Assembly (NCBI GenBank): GCA_010093605.1
Contig: MU004202.1
Span: forward strand, 445,560-509,559
Source of the DNA: Lophium mytilinum
Taxonomy: Eukaryota
Reading direction: 5' to 3'
Length of the DNA: 64,000 nucleotides
Shown here in pieces: positions 9,938 to 24,400 of the stretch. Position numbers and translations under genes: made by a program. The notes beneath the pieces are model-generated. The model was not told the DNA's origin. It did no database searches and saw only the letters and a program-made list of their open reading frames with translations. Numbering within the stretch: position 1 is the first letter of the stretch; every line of letters starts with the position of its first letter.

Positions 9938-12900
9938 TAAAGTAGCTACCCTTCTAGCTTCTAGAAGTTTCTAGAAGTACTCTTTTCTACCTACCTATAT
10001 ATATACCTAGCTAATTTAATAGGCTAAAATTTTAATATATAAATCTAATACCCTCTATATTAATATAAGAGAGGCTTAAAAGAAGGCTTTATAACCTTAT
10101 AGTAAGGACTCTATATACCCCGCTAATTAGATTTAGAGGCGCGCAGGCCCTATATACCTACTTACTATTACGTATAACTAACTAATATAAGCGTAGTTAC
10201 TTTCTACTAATAGAGTAAGAACTATATATACCTTATTAGTAATAGGCTAGCGCGTAGGCCCTATATATCTACTTACTACTATTATATATAACTAACTAGT
10301 CTATATATAGTTATTCTATTTTTATTTACTAATTAAAGGTAGCCGCTAAGTATAGTACTAGCTACCCTAGAAAGTACGCCTACTTTTAAGCTTTTATAGA
10401 GGACCTATACCCTCTATCTTATACTAATTTTTCTTATTAGATAGTTAATAAACGCTTACTAGTAAAGATATAAATAACGCCCCTAAGACTAGCTATACTA
10501 AGCTATAGTAGGAAAGCTCTAACTCTATATAGTATAGCTATACTAAGCACACAGTCTATAGATTTACCTTCCAGCGGTAACCCTAATAAGTATCTAGTTA
10601 TCCTTAGTTATACTTCTACTCTTTCTTCTTCTAGCTTATAAGCTACTTAGTCTACTTTTATATCTAATTCTTAAGAAGCGTATAAGCTTAACTACTAAGA
10701 AAAGAAAGCCGCCTATAAAATAGGCGGCGGAGAAGTATTATAATATTAATTAACTATAACTCTAGAAGCTCTTACTACATGCGCTAAGAAATTTAGTAAC
10801 CTAGAACTAGATATTTACCTTCTACTAAATTAATTTAGTACTAACCTACTATAGAGCTAAGCCTAATATAACCTTACTAACTCTACTAAGTAGAATACTA
10901 ATAATAACGCCTACGCATAAGAAGGTAAAGATAAAGATAAAGAAGACTTTAAGTTATTTACTAAAATATCTACACCTTATACTATCTAATTTACTAAACC
11001 TCTAGTTAATCTAACTACCCTATTCTTCTTCTAAATTCTAATTACCTCTAAGGACTAGGCCTAGGCTATTACTTCTACTACTAATACTATTATAATTCTA
11101 AATACCTACCTTAATCTTACCTCTTAAAACTAATCTAATATAGCTAACGCAGGCGCTAGCTCCGCTAAAACTAGCGGCCGTCCTGCTAATTAATAATAGT
11201 CTCTTCTTATAGATAATAATAACAGTATAGTCTTTACTATTAACTACACTAGTAATAGTTAAACTATTAATATTACTATTAATAATATAGAGAAGCTCTA
11301 TAATATAGCTTAAGATAAATATATTAGTATTTATACCGCACTACTTAACTACTACTAAAAACTAGGTAAGTTGTATAAAGATATTTAGAATATAATAGTA
11401 GCTATTTAATAGAAAGATAATAAGATTATATAACTTTAAGAATAATAAGGCGTAAGTACATAAGATAGTGCTGCGCTTAGTAATCTTAAAGACTAATATA
11501 CTAAACTCTATTATTAAGTAGCTAAGATATATGCTAATACTAAGGACTTTACTAATAAACGTAACTATCTTACTAAGTAGCTAGCGGATAAGTATAAGAA
11601 GAATAACGCCTAGGCTATTCTTATTACTAAACTAAGTGTTAAAATTAAAGGCCTTACTACTAAAGTAGCTAAGGTTATATTTTACTAAGATTAGTATTAA
11701 TAATAGCATAATACCTTTTATACTTAAGGTATAGAGTATAAAAAGAAGTATTAATAAGCTCTATAATAATAGCCCTAAGCGCGCTCTTAGTAAGATAACA
11801 CTACTAACTAAGGTAACTACAGCTACATCTCTAATAAAGGCGATGCGGATAATTCTTCTAACTATAATTAGTTTACCTAGCCTAACTTCTTATATAATTT
11901 AAACGCCTAACTTACTACTAGCCTACACTAACTCTATACTAAGTTCCGCGACCTATAGAAGTTTAAAGAATATAATAATTAGTCTAAATATAAATTATAG
12001 AAGGCCTACACCTATACTATTTTCTATAATAAGCCTTAGAACTTCCGCAATAAATAAGCTAAGCTTAAGTATATTAAATTATACTATATAGAATACGCTA
12101 AGAGTATTATATATAGCTATACTTAATAGAACTGCCCTATAAATAATAACTTTAAAATAATTAAAGAAATATTTAAGGTAATAGACCTCTATTTTATAAT
12201 TAAAGATAAAGCTATAGCTATAAATAATAAGCTCTATAGCTAATAGGCGTTTATAAAGTATAATAAGAAATAAACTATCTTTCTTCTTTAATTCTAAGAA
12301 ATAATATCTATAGATACTAATAAGGAAATAGAGTTTATTAACTAGAAAGAATAGCTTAAGCGCCTTATTACCCCTAAACTTAGAACTTAGGTTTTTAGCG
12401 TAGCTAATAACTATATATTCTAGCTAGAACTAGTTACCGCTATTAACCGCGCAGTATTATATATTGCTAGCAAGCGTAAGCGCGCCTATAAATAATAATA
12501 TACTAATAGCCTATTATAGAATAATAGTAATAGATTAGAATATACTAATAAGCTATTTACTAAGAAGTCTAATTATAGCTTCTAGAACTTTAACCGCAAC
12601 TCTAAGATATATTTATTACGCTCTATTATAGATAATAGCTTACGCCGCTAAGACTATAATAGCAATACCCGCTGCATTTATCTCCCTCCTGCAGTAACTA
12701 AAGTACTTAGTAAATAGAATAAAAACGTCTATTATAACTACCTTAAGATAGAATATTATATATTAGACCGCGACTATTTCTATATAAAAAACGCCCCTCC
12801 CTCTAAGGAGATAGTATAATAATACCTTATCTATTTTTAGAAAGAACTAGATCTAAAGCTCTCTATAATCTACTATATAGATAATTCTATATCTAATATT

Positions 12901-15900
12901 AAGCTTAGTAACGCCCTAGCTACTATTAACTATAATAGCAGTAATAATAACGCCGCATAAGAAAACTCTTTAGATAGTAAGGATTTTCCCTAGGCTCTAA
13001 CTATAGTTATAGTTAGAGTCTAGTAGGTATTTATCTAAGTATACTAGTCGCCCGCATTTAAGAACTAGAGTAACTACCTTTTAAGCTAGATAAACTCTAG
13101 CTCTCTATCTATACTATTAACTCTTCTAAAGAAGTTATATAAGATAGATAACTTAACTTTAAGTATAGAATTTACACCCCTAGTACTACTACTACGCTAG
13201 CTACTATTATAAATAGTTGCTACTTAACTAATATAGAATACTTATACTTAGCCTTTATCTTCTAAATATTTATTAAGACCTATAAACCTATATTAATTCT
13301 AATTACTAAACTAATACTACTATAGCTTACTAATAGCTAGTTAATACTTATAGTTATATATAAAGCTTAAATTATACTTTTACTTAAATCTTATATTAAG
13401 TATTTATAGTACTATATTACTAACCTTTAAGAATATAATATTATTCTTAGTATACTCTAGTTTAAGCGCTATAAGCTCTATTCTATATAGAGAGAGCACG
13501 CTCTAGACTTTAACTCTAACTACTATGTAAGTTACTATCTATATATAGATAGCTACCGGCGCGTCTAGAGTAATAGCCGCGACTAAGATATTACCTATAA
13601 GAGAAAGAAACTATATAATAGCGCTCTATATAAGATTATTAATTATTACTATAAGCTTAGCTTTAATCTAGATAAAGCTAATAACTTTCTTACTAAATAC
13701 TATAAACTTACCTATAAAGGTAAGAAAGACGCTATTATCTAATTATAGAATAAAGACTTTAATAAGCTTTACTACCTTAATACCTATAAGAATAAGCCCA
13801 CCTATACTAGTACCGCGGCTAATAATTCTACCCTCTATAGGCTTACTAAGCTTAATAAGGCCTTAGCCTAAGAATAGGCCGCATTTATATTTAATTTATT
13901 TATAATTAACCTAGCTAACTATAGAAAGTTCTTTAATAAAATAAATAGGCCCTTTATTACTAATATAGAAATTAAGAAGCTTCTTCTAAATTAGCTTTAC
14001 TATCTTTATAACGCCTAGAACTCCTAAGTAGCTAATATATTACCTTCTTACTATAATATAGATTATATAATTAAACTTAAACTAGATAGTAAGCTGCCTA
14101 TATATAAGGTCTATAGTCTCTCTAGAGACTAAGCCGCTATTATTAAAGTATTTATTAATAAAATGCGCTCTAAAGGCTTTATCTAACTAAGCTTATTCTT
14201 CTTTACTACTCTAACACTTATTATTAAGAAACCTAAAGGCGGACTTTATATCTATATAGACTATAGAGGACTAAATAATATTATAATTAAAAGCTATAAT
14301 ATACTACCCCTTATTAAAGATATACTTATACTACTAGTAAAAGCTAAATACTATACTAAGCTAGATATTATTAGCGTATTTAACGCCCTATATATTAAGA
14401 AAGGTAATAAGTATAAAATAGCGTTTCTAATATAATAAGGCCTATTTAAATTTATAGTCCTTCTATTTAGCCTATATAACGCCTCTAGCTTATTTTAAGT
14501 ATATATTAATAATACGCTGCGTAAGAATCTAGATTACTACTGCACGGCCTATATAGATAACATACTTATCTTTAGTAATAGTCTAGAGGAGTATAAGAAG
14601 TATATTATCTCTATAGTTATAAGATTAAAAGACGCAGGCCTCTTTCTTAATATTTATAAGTTAGAATTCGCTATTTAAGAGGTTAAGTACTTAAAAGTTA
14701 TTATAGAAGTTAATAGTATTTATATAGATCCTTATAAGGTTTAAATAGTACTTAATTAGCCTACTCTAAGAAACCTTAAAGATATTTAAGCCTTTCTAGG
14801 TTTCTATAACTTCTATTATTACTTTATTACTGGCTATTCTAAATTTACTGCGCCCCTCTCTATACTTACGTCCTCTACTAAGAAGTTATTTAAATTCCTA
14901 TAGAAAGATAATAGAGATAAAGCCTAAGTATTTATACGCATTAAGAAATGCTTCTAAAATGCCCCTTAGCTAGCCCTATAGAATCTAGACTATAAGATAT
15001 AGATTAAGTATAATTTCTTAGACTATATAATTACTATAGTACTTTTATAGATCTAACTAGATAGCACTCTATACTCTATTACCTTTATATTATAATAAAT
15101 AATACTATAGTAGATTAATTACGCTATCTATAATAAAGAACTACTCGCTATTATCTTAGCGTTTAAAGACTAGCGCCCTAAGCTTACTAGCTAAGGCTAA
15201 GAATATAGCAGCCCTATTAACGTTATTTTAGATTATAAGAATCTTTAGACATTTATAATAACTAAGCAACTTAACTATTATTAAGCCTAATAGGCTAAGT
15301 TCTTAGTAGAATTTAACTTTAAGATTATATATAAGCTAGAAAAGCTTAATAATAAGCTAGATCTTCTTACTAGATAACCTAGTAATAAGCCCTCTAAAGG
15401 TAATACTTACTATAAGTATTAAGAATAAGTTATACTTAAACCTATAAACTATAAGCCTAATATATACTACGCTATTAACCTAGCCTATATACTTACTAAA
15501 AGCGCCCTAGAATATATAGTAATAGATCTAGCCTCTATACTTTATAACCTTAGTAAATTTAATTAACTAGATTATACTAATAAGCCCTAACTTATAGTTA
15601 TGCGCACTAGATAAATATAATTACAACTAGAGCCCCTAGATAAGATAAAGGATTCTAGGATAACCTCTATAGTAAGAGATAAGATAAAGAATTCTTCTAC
15701 TAATAATAGATAAGCTTCTAATACTAAGCTATATAACGCATTAAAGCTAGTTCTAACTAGTAATTAAATACTATAATAAGTAAAGAAAGCCTTCTAAGCT
15801 AATTCTATTATATAAGTAATTAAATACGCTAAATAATATAATAAATAATAATTACTAATATAATTCTACTAAGACTATTACTTATAAATTAAGCTAGAAG

Positions 15901-17773
15901 ATTATAATATAATTAATAACTTTCTCTATATTTAGAAGAAGCTATATATACTAGCTATACTAAAGCTATATACTATAATTATCTAATCTATATATAAACC
16001 TAAACTAGCTAGTTATGCTAGAATAACTTCTATATACGCTAGGCTAAGTAATTACTATTACTAGCCTTTTATAATATCTAATATTAATTAGTATATAGAA
16101 GCTTATATAACCTATTAGCGCTTAAAATACTCTAGAGAAGGTAAGTAAGGCCTTCTTTACCTATTACTAATCCCTTACTACTACTAGTATAATATCTTAG
16201 TTAACTTTATTATACTACTACCTATCTATAAATAATAGGGTAGGTAATATAAGCATATTATAGTTATAGTTAATTAACTCTTTAAGAAAAGAAAGTTTAT
16301 TCTATTAGACTCTATAGAAGTTAAACTAGTTATTTAAGCCTTTATTAAATAGGTTTAGCATAAAGAAGGCTACCTATATACTATTATCTTAGACCGCGGC
16401 GCCTAATTTATTTTCTATTTCTAGAAACGCCTCTACGCTTGCATTAGTACGTTACTAAAGCTCTTATTATTATTTTACCTAGAGATAGATAGATAGACTA
16501 AGATTATAAATATAGCTTTAAAGTAATACCTATAAGCCTATATTAATTATAAATAAGATAACTAGGTAGACCTACTATCTATTACTAAGTTTAAAGCTAA
16601 TTATAATAAGATAATAATAGGCGTGTTACTATTTATAGTAATAAAGGGCTATAATCCGCGTTCTAGACTTAAGCCTACTAATAATAGCGTTAAACTAAAA
16701 GGGCCTTAGAAGTCCCTATAAGAGAAAGCTAATATACTTACTAAGCGCATTAATTACCTACAGCTATTTCTTCGCGATAAACTTATATAGATATAAGCTT
16801 ATTAAGCTTACTATATAAACCTTAAATATAAACCTACTCCTAAGCTTAAGATAGAAGATAAGGTAATACTTAATGCGCATAATATTAAAACCTAGCGCCT
16901 AAATAAGTCCTTAGACTATAAGTAACTAGAACCCTATAAAATTACCCGCGTTATTAATAATAGTACTTATAAGCTTACGCTACCTTAAACTATAAAAGAA
17001 CTATTTAATATCTTCTATCTATAGCTACTTTATAGAGTTACTTATAAGCTACTTAAAGAATAAATATATAATAAGCCTAGCCTAGTTAAAGTTAATAAAG
17101 AAGGTTTTAAATAATAGGACGTTAATAATATTATTAACTTACATATTAATAAAGCAATAATTAATCTAGCTATAGGCCTTAAAGAACACCTCTAATATAA
17201 AATTAGATATACTAGTTACCTAGACTAGAATGCTAAATCTAAGTAGGAGTTATATAAAAGTATATTTAATTACCCCGATATTATAATAGACTACTATTAT
17301 TAATACTCTAACGCCGCCGGCCCTTATAAATCTTTTAAGAAGCCTAAGTACTAGAAACCCCTACTAGCTATAATTATATTAAGACTATAGGAGTAGGCGC
17401 TTAAACTAGATATTACTAAAGCTAACCAGCGCTAGCTAGCTAAGCAATTACTAACGCTATTAGAAGACGCTAACCTAGCGGACTACTAGGTAATAGGTAA
17501 TATAAAGGTTTATAAGTTTAACTTCTATACTAATTTATATTACGCCTATATAGTACCTATAGTTTATAATACTATATAAAAAGATAAAGGGAACTATAGT
17601 AAGACTATATAATTATAGTAAGACTACGCAATTAATAGAAGGATTAATTAAAGGACTAGTTATAAAAAGTAATTAATTATAAAAGAACTACTTACGCATA
17701 GTAAGTATAAAATAGAAAGGCTAAAGTATAATAAAAGGAGCTCTATATATAGTTCCTTTTAGAGGGGGGGTAG

Positions 17774-17993
17774 TATTATAGCTATAATATAACCCCTATT
17801 ATAATATATTTCTAATATATATAATAGCGTTATATGCCCTCTAGCATGTAATTACTATTATATAACTAGGCTTAGCGCTAGCCTCGCCTACCTTTTAGCC
17901 GGCGCTCCGCGCCCTTCTTTCTTTCTTATAGCTACTTTGTCTATATATACTAATATTAGATCTTTTCTTATAATTTACTATTATACTATAATA
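17774..17993 (+). repeat. 3' LTR of element A
   Basis: Direct repeat of 9718-9937, preceded by the polypurine tract. Confidence 0.95.
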
Positions 17994-18249
17994 TAAAGAT
18001 TAGATATAAAAAGTCCTTTTATAGCTAATAGTCTAGAGATATATTTAAGAGAGCTTTAAAATCCCTAACTATAGTAGTACCTTAAGTACCTATTCTTAAT
18101 TTTAGAACTATAATTACGGCTTTAAAGTTAAGTATATATATAATAAGTTAATTAAAATATTATAATATATTTATTTTATATAATTATTACTGCGTAATAT
18201 AGAAGGTCTAGAAACTATCTAGGTAAAGTATAGTATATAATAAAAGATA

Positions 18250-18900
18250 CTGCGCTCCTTATTATATACCTTAAAAATGCTAATTAATACTACTACCTAG
18301 GTATATATAAAGTCTATACTTAGATGCCTAAATACTTAAGTAGTTTAAAAAGAAATAGAAATATAATAGAAGAAGCTATACTAGAGTATTATACTTAAGA
18401 AAACTACTACCTAAAAAAACTACCTAAGAAATTCTACTCTATATTAAATAGCCCTTACTATATATATATACTAATAATAGGCTTATAGAATAAGTAAGAT
18501 AGATTAGCTAAGATTCTAAGACCTAAGGCTAACTTAGAGGCATTCTAGCCGGGGTAAGATACTATACTATTTATTGCTAGTTAGATTATATTTCTTAGTT
18601 ATACTAGCCTTAGTCTTAGAACTAAACTCTTAGCGGGCCTTAATTACTAAATTATAGAAATAGATATTATAGTAATCTTTATATATGCCTATATACTTAA
18701 AGAACTTTATAAGATTTATATTACTATTAAGGTAGTTATAAAGAAATAACTTATTATTATTCTAATTAATATTTAACTTAATATAGCTATAGAAATTAGT
18801 ATAGATATCTAGTACTATTAGAACCTATCTAGAAGTCTTAAAAATTATAAGAGATAATATACTCTATATAAACTAATTAATAATAGAATAGAACTCTATA
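18250..18900 (+). pseudogene. RIP-degenerated ORF of unknown function (ends approximate)
   Basis: One plus frame reads as protein-like with only TAA/TAG stops (EEAILEYYT*ENYYLKKLPKKF...RLAKILRPKANLEAF*PG*D...KLLAGLNY). No TE motif recognised. Confidence 0.4.
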
Positions 18901-19049
18901 ATTAAAATCTACCTGCTAAAAAAGAGAAATATAAATTTAAAGTTCTTAATTATATAGTTCTATTAAAAGTACTCTAGTATATATTACTAGCGCTTTTATA
19001 GTCTAAAATCTTTATTTAATTAGAGTAGGGCTATAATATAGGCCTTTAA

Positions 19050-20200
19050 ATATATTTAGTAATTATATATAAGTATATATAAAGAGAACTTACTTTATCT
19101 ATAACTAGGGATATATATTACTAGTTAGAATAATTCTTTTTAATCTTCTTATAGTACTTAGATATTATCTTTAAACTTAGATTCTCTAGATTCTAGTTCT
19201 TTCTATAAGCCCGCGTAATAATTATATCTTACTTAGTATAATAGTACTATTAACTAAATACTTAATATATTTTAGTTTTAAGGCGCTTAAAGAACCCCTT
19301 TATAGTATCTTTATATAAGTTAAGATTTAGGTTATTATAGTCTAGTTCTAGGGAGGGTAGGCCTATTATATAAGAATTAGTAGGCCGGGGAGTATTCTTT
19401 CCGGGAGGCTTTATAGTTTTTATAGGTTAGAGGTAGAGAGTTAGCTTAGATAATAGAGTGCTAGTATTAGCCTCTTCTTCTATATTATTAGTATTATCTA
19501 GCGGCGTTTTAACTAGTATCTTAATCTTAGAAAGCCTCTATAATATAAATCTACTAAATTAGGGGTTAATTCTATAGTATAGGCTTTACGCTATACTAGC
19601 TTATATTAAATTAGATATAGATATCTATATAGCTAATTCCTTCTTATCTATCTTATCTTTATCTAGATCTTACTTCTCTAATTTAGAGTTTCTATAGAGG
19701 AGTAGATTATCTACCTTCTTATCTATAGTTTTAAGCCCTTATTTAGTTTAAGTATAAGCTAGAACCTATATAGATATAGGTATATTTCTAGCTACTAAAT
19801 TCTTCTAGATTAAATAACTCTAGAGTATCTAGAAGTCTAGGTCTACTATTCTAGATTATAACCTTATATTTATTATAAGGGCAGGGCGCTTAAAGGGGGA
19901 GGTAGTTTTCTTTAAAGTAGATATTATTATCTTTAGCTTAGGTGTCTTTAACTTTATAGATAGAATTAGGGTCTTAGATTTTAAAGTTAGCTTTAGGGCC
20001 TTAGGCTTTAGAAGAGGCTTTAGGGCCTTAGGCTTTATAATCTTCTTTAGTAGCTAAAAGAGTTAGTTAAATTTATTATATATTTAAGTTAGGTTCTTAC
20101 TATAGTTAGTTCTTTAGCGGCCTTATACTTTATAGCCGTGCCTAGTAACTAAGATAGAGGTAATACCTTACTATTTAATAGAGTAGTTATAGTTTAGTAG
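19050..20200 (-). pseudogene. RIP-degenerated ORF of unknown function, Lys/Pro-rich (ends approximate)
   Basis: The minus frame reads KPKALKPLLKPKALK (duplicated motif ~19990-20038) and further on VKTPLDNTNNIEEEA...KPPGKNTPRPT...KGFFKRLKT...ITRAYRKN, with only RIP-type stops. Confidence 0.5.
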
Positions 20201-20739
20201 TAGATAGAAATATAATTAAAGATAATTAGGGCGTAATTTACCTTACTAGCTAGCCTATATAATAGGCTACTTAATAAAAGTAAGATATAATTAGATAGAA
20301 TAGGGGTTATAGTAGTTAGTAAATAGAAAGTAGTTAGTTATAGAGTATAGATTATATAGAATTATAAGAGTATAATTAGAAGTAGATAAGATTAGATAAT
20401 ATAGAACCTCCCGAAGGGATATTAAAGTTAGTTTAAAAATTATTTTAATTTAAGAAATATTATAGAATATCTTTAAGATTACTATATAATATTATATATA
20501 TCTTAGTATATATATATACTTAGAATTATAGTTAGGCTTATATATAGAATTATAGTTAAGATAGTAAGATAGTATTATATAATAGTTATATAATAGAGAC
20601 TTATAGTTACTTCTTAAGAGATAAGTATATATAATCTAAAATAGGATTATATAAGGTTACTTAAGATAAAACCCTCTAGGGCGGGGATCTAAGTAGGTAG
20701 ATAGTTAAGTAAGGTAGAATAAGATAGAAGTAAATATTT

Positions 20740-20812
20740 AAAGTTATATTAGATATATATTACTTAAATATATCTCTAACTATTTAAGTAACCTTCTATC
20801 TAATATAACCTT
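20740..20812. repeat. Imperfect inverted repeat (hairpin) upstream of the 39-bp array
   Basis: AAAGTTATATTAGATA-TATA-TTACTTAAATA / 10-nt loop / TATTTAAGTAA-CCTTC-TATCTAATATAACCTT. Confidence 0.6.
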
Positions 20813-20860
20813 AGACCTAAATATTTTAGATAGTATATTTTTAAACTATTTTTTATATAT

Positions 20861-21289
20861 AATTTCTACACCCTCTAAATTAGTATATTATTACTATATA
20901 ATTTCTAACTACTTTAAATTAGCCCCTTATTACTATACTATTTCTAACTACTTTAAATTAGGCCCTTTAAGCTATTAAATTTCCAACTACTTTAAATTAG
21001 GTCGCTTTTACTATTAAATTTCTAGCTACTCTAAATTAGGTCGCTTTTACTATTAAACTTCTAGCTACTTTAAATTAGAGCGCTTTACTTATTTAATTTC
21101 TAGACACTTTATATTAGGTTATTCTTGCTATCTAATTACTAGGCACTTTAAATTAGGTTATTCTAGCTATTTAATTTTTAACTACTTTAAATTAGGCTAC
21201 TATAGTTATTTAATTTCTAGGCACTTTATATTAAAGTATTTTTAAAGTATATTTTCTAAGCGCTTTATATTAGAACCTTAGAAAATAGT
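20861..21289. repeat. Tandem array of 11 x 39-bp units
   Basis: Units start at 20861, 20900, 20939, 20978, 21017, 21056, 21095, 21134, 21173, 21212 and 21251 with no indels. A conserved core (AATTTCTAgctACTTTAAATTAGg) is followed by a variable ~15-bp part. Confidence 0.92.
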
Positions 21290-21499
21290 AATTTAAAATA
21301 CTCTTAAGTTTAATATTATATATATAATACTAAGTTAGATTTTCTATATACTAGGTAGTTATAACTCTAGATTACTCTACTAAATACTAAAACGCGTTTA
21401 TATATTTACTCTATTACTAAATACTATAGCCTTATTAGCTATCTATAGGCTATACTTCTATAGGTACTCTTCTATACTATAGAGTCTAATCTTAATACT

Positions 21500-24400
21500 A
21501 ATATTCTTTACCTTTAGAGTTATTATACTAAGGTTAACTCTAGGTCTATTAGGCCTATTAATGCCGCTATATAAGAAGTAACCGCCTTAAAGTACTACCT
21601 CTAACTCTTCTTCTTTTTCTATTTAAACCTTATAATTAAGTTATAAGAGAATACTTCCTTATATAAGCTATAAATCTCTACCCCTAATTAAAGAATAGAC
21701 GCGTAGATAGTAAATAAATAATTAAATTAGTAGCCTAATTAGATACTATAATTATAAGGCTAATAACTTACTAGTATTTAAAGAGGATTTTAGGCTATAA
21801 GGTAGGGATTTAAATAAATATATAAAGGTAGTTATTACTAATATTAACCTTATAAGTAATATAGATAATAGTAGCTAGTAGTTAGAAAAAGAGGCGCTAT
21901 ATTTTAAGCTTATCTCTAATTCTAAAGACTTAGAATCTAGCTCTTCTTTAGATAAGGCATTTAAAACTAAAGATACTCTTAATTCTAATAAAATATCTAC
22001 TACTACTATAACTTTCTCTATACCTTCTTCTTCTATACCCCCTTTTTCTACTCCCTCTACTATAGTTAATAAGTTGCAAGAAATACTATATAAAGTTTAA
22101 GATAGAGATATAGACCTTTTTTATTTTATACTCTACCTATTCTTTAACTCTATAGAAATCTTATAGAAGTATTATACTATATTTTAATAGCTTATTATAA
22201 GCCTTAAGAATCTTAAATCCCTTTATACTCTTCTAGCTTATATTAAGTAGCTCTATAATTAGGCTAGATTCTAGCTACCTTTTATTAGCATAAGATAATA
22301 GATATTAAAGCTAGACTAACTCTAGCTACTAACTAGTAAGACTCTATCTAAGGATATAGTATTCTTTAATATAGAGGATATACTAATAAAGTTTATAGTA
22401 TCTAATTAGCTAAAGGAGAAAGTTTATTAGGGATTTATATAGTATATAGATGCTTCTTTAAAATTCTACTACTCTACTACTTAGGGTGCATTAGTATATA
22501 GTATATCTAGAGAGTTTATTAGGTACTTTAATAGCTTACCTATTCTACTTTTAGACTTTATATATTATAGATACTCTATAGATAGCTATCTCTACTACTA
22601 GAATCTATAATAGTATCTTAGGTAAGTATATTATATTAGTTAGAACTTCTAAAGCACGTCTAGTAAGTATAGCTAGGTAAAGCTTATAATCTCTCTAGCC
22701 CTTTAATAATAGAAACTCTTAGAAGACTATACTAATATTATATATAGTATTATTACTCCCTATTAGCTAGAACTCTTTATTATACTTAGGTAAGAAGAGT
22801 TTATACCTAAGAATACTATTATTACTTAAGAACCTTCTATTTTTCTAGACTACTAGTATAATATACCTAAAATTAAGAGAGTTATATATCTACGCGTTTA
22901 AAATCCTACTAAGGACTTTATTATTTAGAACCTAATCTATATAAATAGTACTTTATAACCTCTAAGCCTATCTACCTCTATTACTACTAAGTTAGAGATT
23001 ACCTATTTTAGCTAGCATTTTATTATTTTATTATTCCTTAGTAGCTAAATAATCTCTTTTTCTCTTATTACCTATATAGATAAATTTAGGCTATATTATA
23101 ATTATATAGAGCTATATTTAGTATATACTAGACTTTAGCTAGCCTATCTACTTATAAGTAAACTAGAAATACTAGTACTCTTTCTATTATATTAGGCCCT
23201 TTTAGAGTATTATATAAGGATATTATTAGTATACTCTACTATCTCTAGCGCCTAGATAAGGGCATATTTACTACTATTACTAGTTAGTATATATTTCTAT
23301 ATACTTTTACTATAGTTTTTACCGCAGATATAGCTAAGTAGAATAAGAATTAGAATATATATAGGCTAATAGTAAATTACTTCTATAGCTTATATTTAAT
23401 CTATAAAGATAAGTAGTATAATCTTAATTTTAATATTATTTAATTTAGCCGCTATTACTATTAAACTATATAGCTGCAAGAGTAGATTAAAGAAGTCTAA
23501 TTATAAGTAGTAAGGGAGAAGCTTTATAAAGAATTTAGCTTTATAAATAAAGCACCCGCTATTTATAAGATAGTACTAGCGCTTAATATTATTAAGTTCT
23601 AACCTTTAGATTCTACTTACTCTAAATATACTAGCCTTATAAAGTAGGCCTAGTTTCTTCTCTTTAAATATATACTTATAAAGAATAGCTAAGAAGAATA
23701 TACTAGGTAACTTTAACTCTAATAACTTTCTACTAGCTAGTCTTATCTTTAATTACTACTTAAATATCTTAAGTTCTATTAGATAGGTAAGTACGCGCGC
23801 ATTTCTATTATTACACCGCTTATACTCCGGCGATAGCTATAACTAAAATAAGTTAAGAAGAACTTTTAGATAGCTATATCTTCTACTTTTAAGCTCTTAG
23901 TAAGTCTTTTAGTCTATAATATAATTATATAGATATATATATAGATAGCTTATAGCTTTACTATAATTCTATCTCCTTCTATTAGCGCTTTTAATATATT
24001 ATATATTAATAGCGCAATCTATAAAGACTAAGAGTTATAGTAATAACTCTTTAAATACGCTATAAAGAGTATATACCTAAATATTATAAAGAAGAGAAAT
24101 AAAGCTAGCTAATAAGGCTATACTTAATCTATAGCCCCCTTACTTATATTATTCTTCTAAGATAATAGTAATATTAAAAGTAAGGCATCTACCCCCCTTA
24201 ATCTAAATACTAACTTATCTAAAATTTAATTAAAGAAGAAGAACTCTAAGGTATAAATAAATATACTATTAGCTTTCTATACCCGTTTAAATTAATATAC
24301 TAGGCTATACTATAGGGGAGTTACTTATAACTTTACTATACCTATAAATATTATAACTTTTATAGGTAAGAATAAATATAGTAAATTTAAGGCTATAGTA

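Larger units (their letters stand above)
9718..17993 (+). mobile_element. Ty3/Gypsy (chromovirus-type) LTR retrotransposon A, full length, RIP-inactivated
   Basis: 220-bp LTRs at 9718-9937 and 17774-17993. TSD TAAAG (9713-9717 / 17994-17998). PPT AGAGGGGGGGTAG precedes the 3' LTR. Relics of RT YID(D)ILI at ~14550, RNase H, integrase (I(S)DRGA.F ~16385) and a chromodomain at ~17110-17300. Confidence 0.95.

Noticed and set aside
10139..10300. ~48-bp direct repeat in the leader of element A
   Set aside because: Ordinary 5'-UTR duplication of an LTR element with no TSD or independent structure.
20861..21289. CRISPR-like repeat/spacer appearance of the 39-bp array
   Set aside because: Eukaryotic context with no cas genes. 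The variable parts are only ~15 bp and are related to each other (units 4 and 5 share theirs), as in a tandem repeat.
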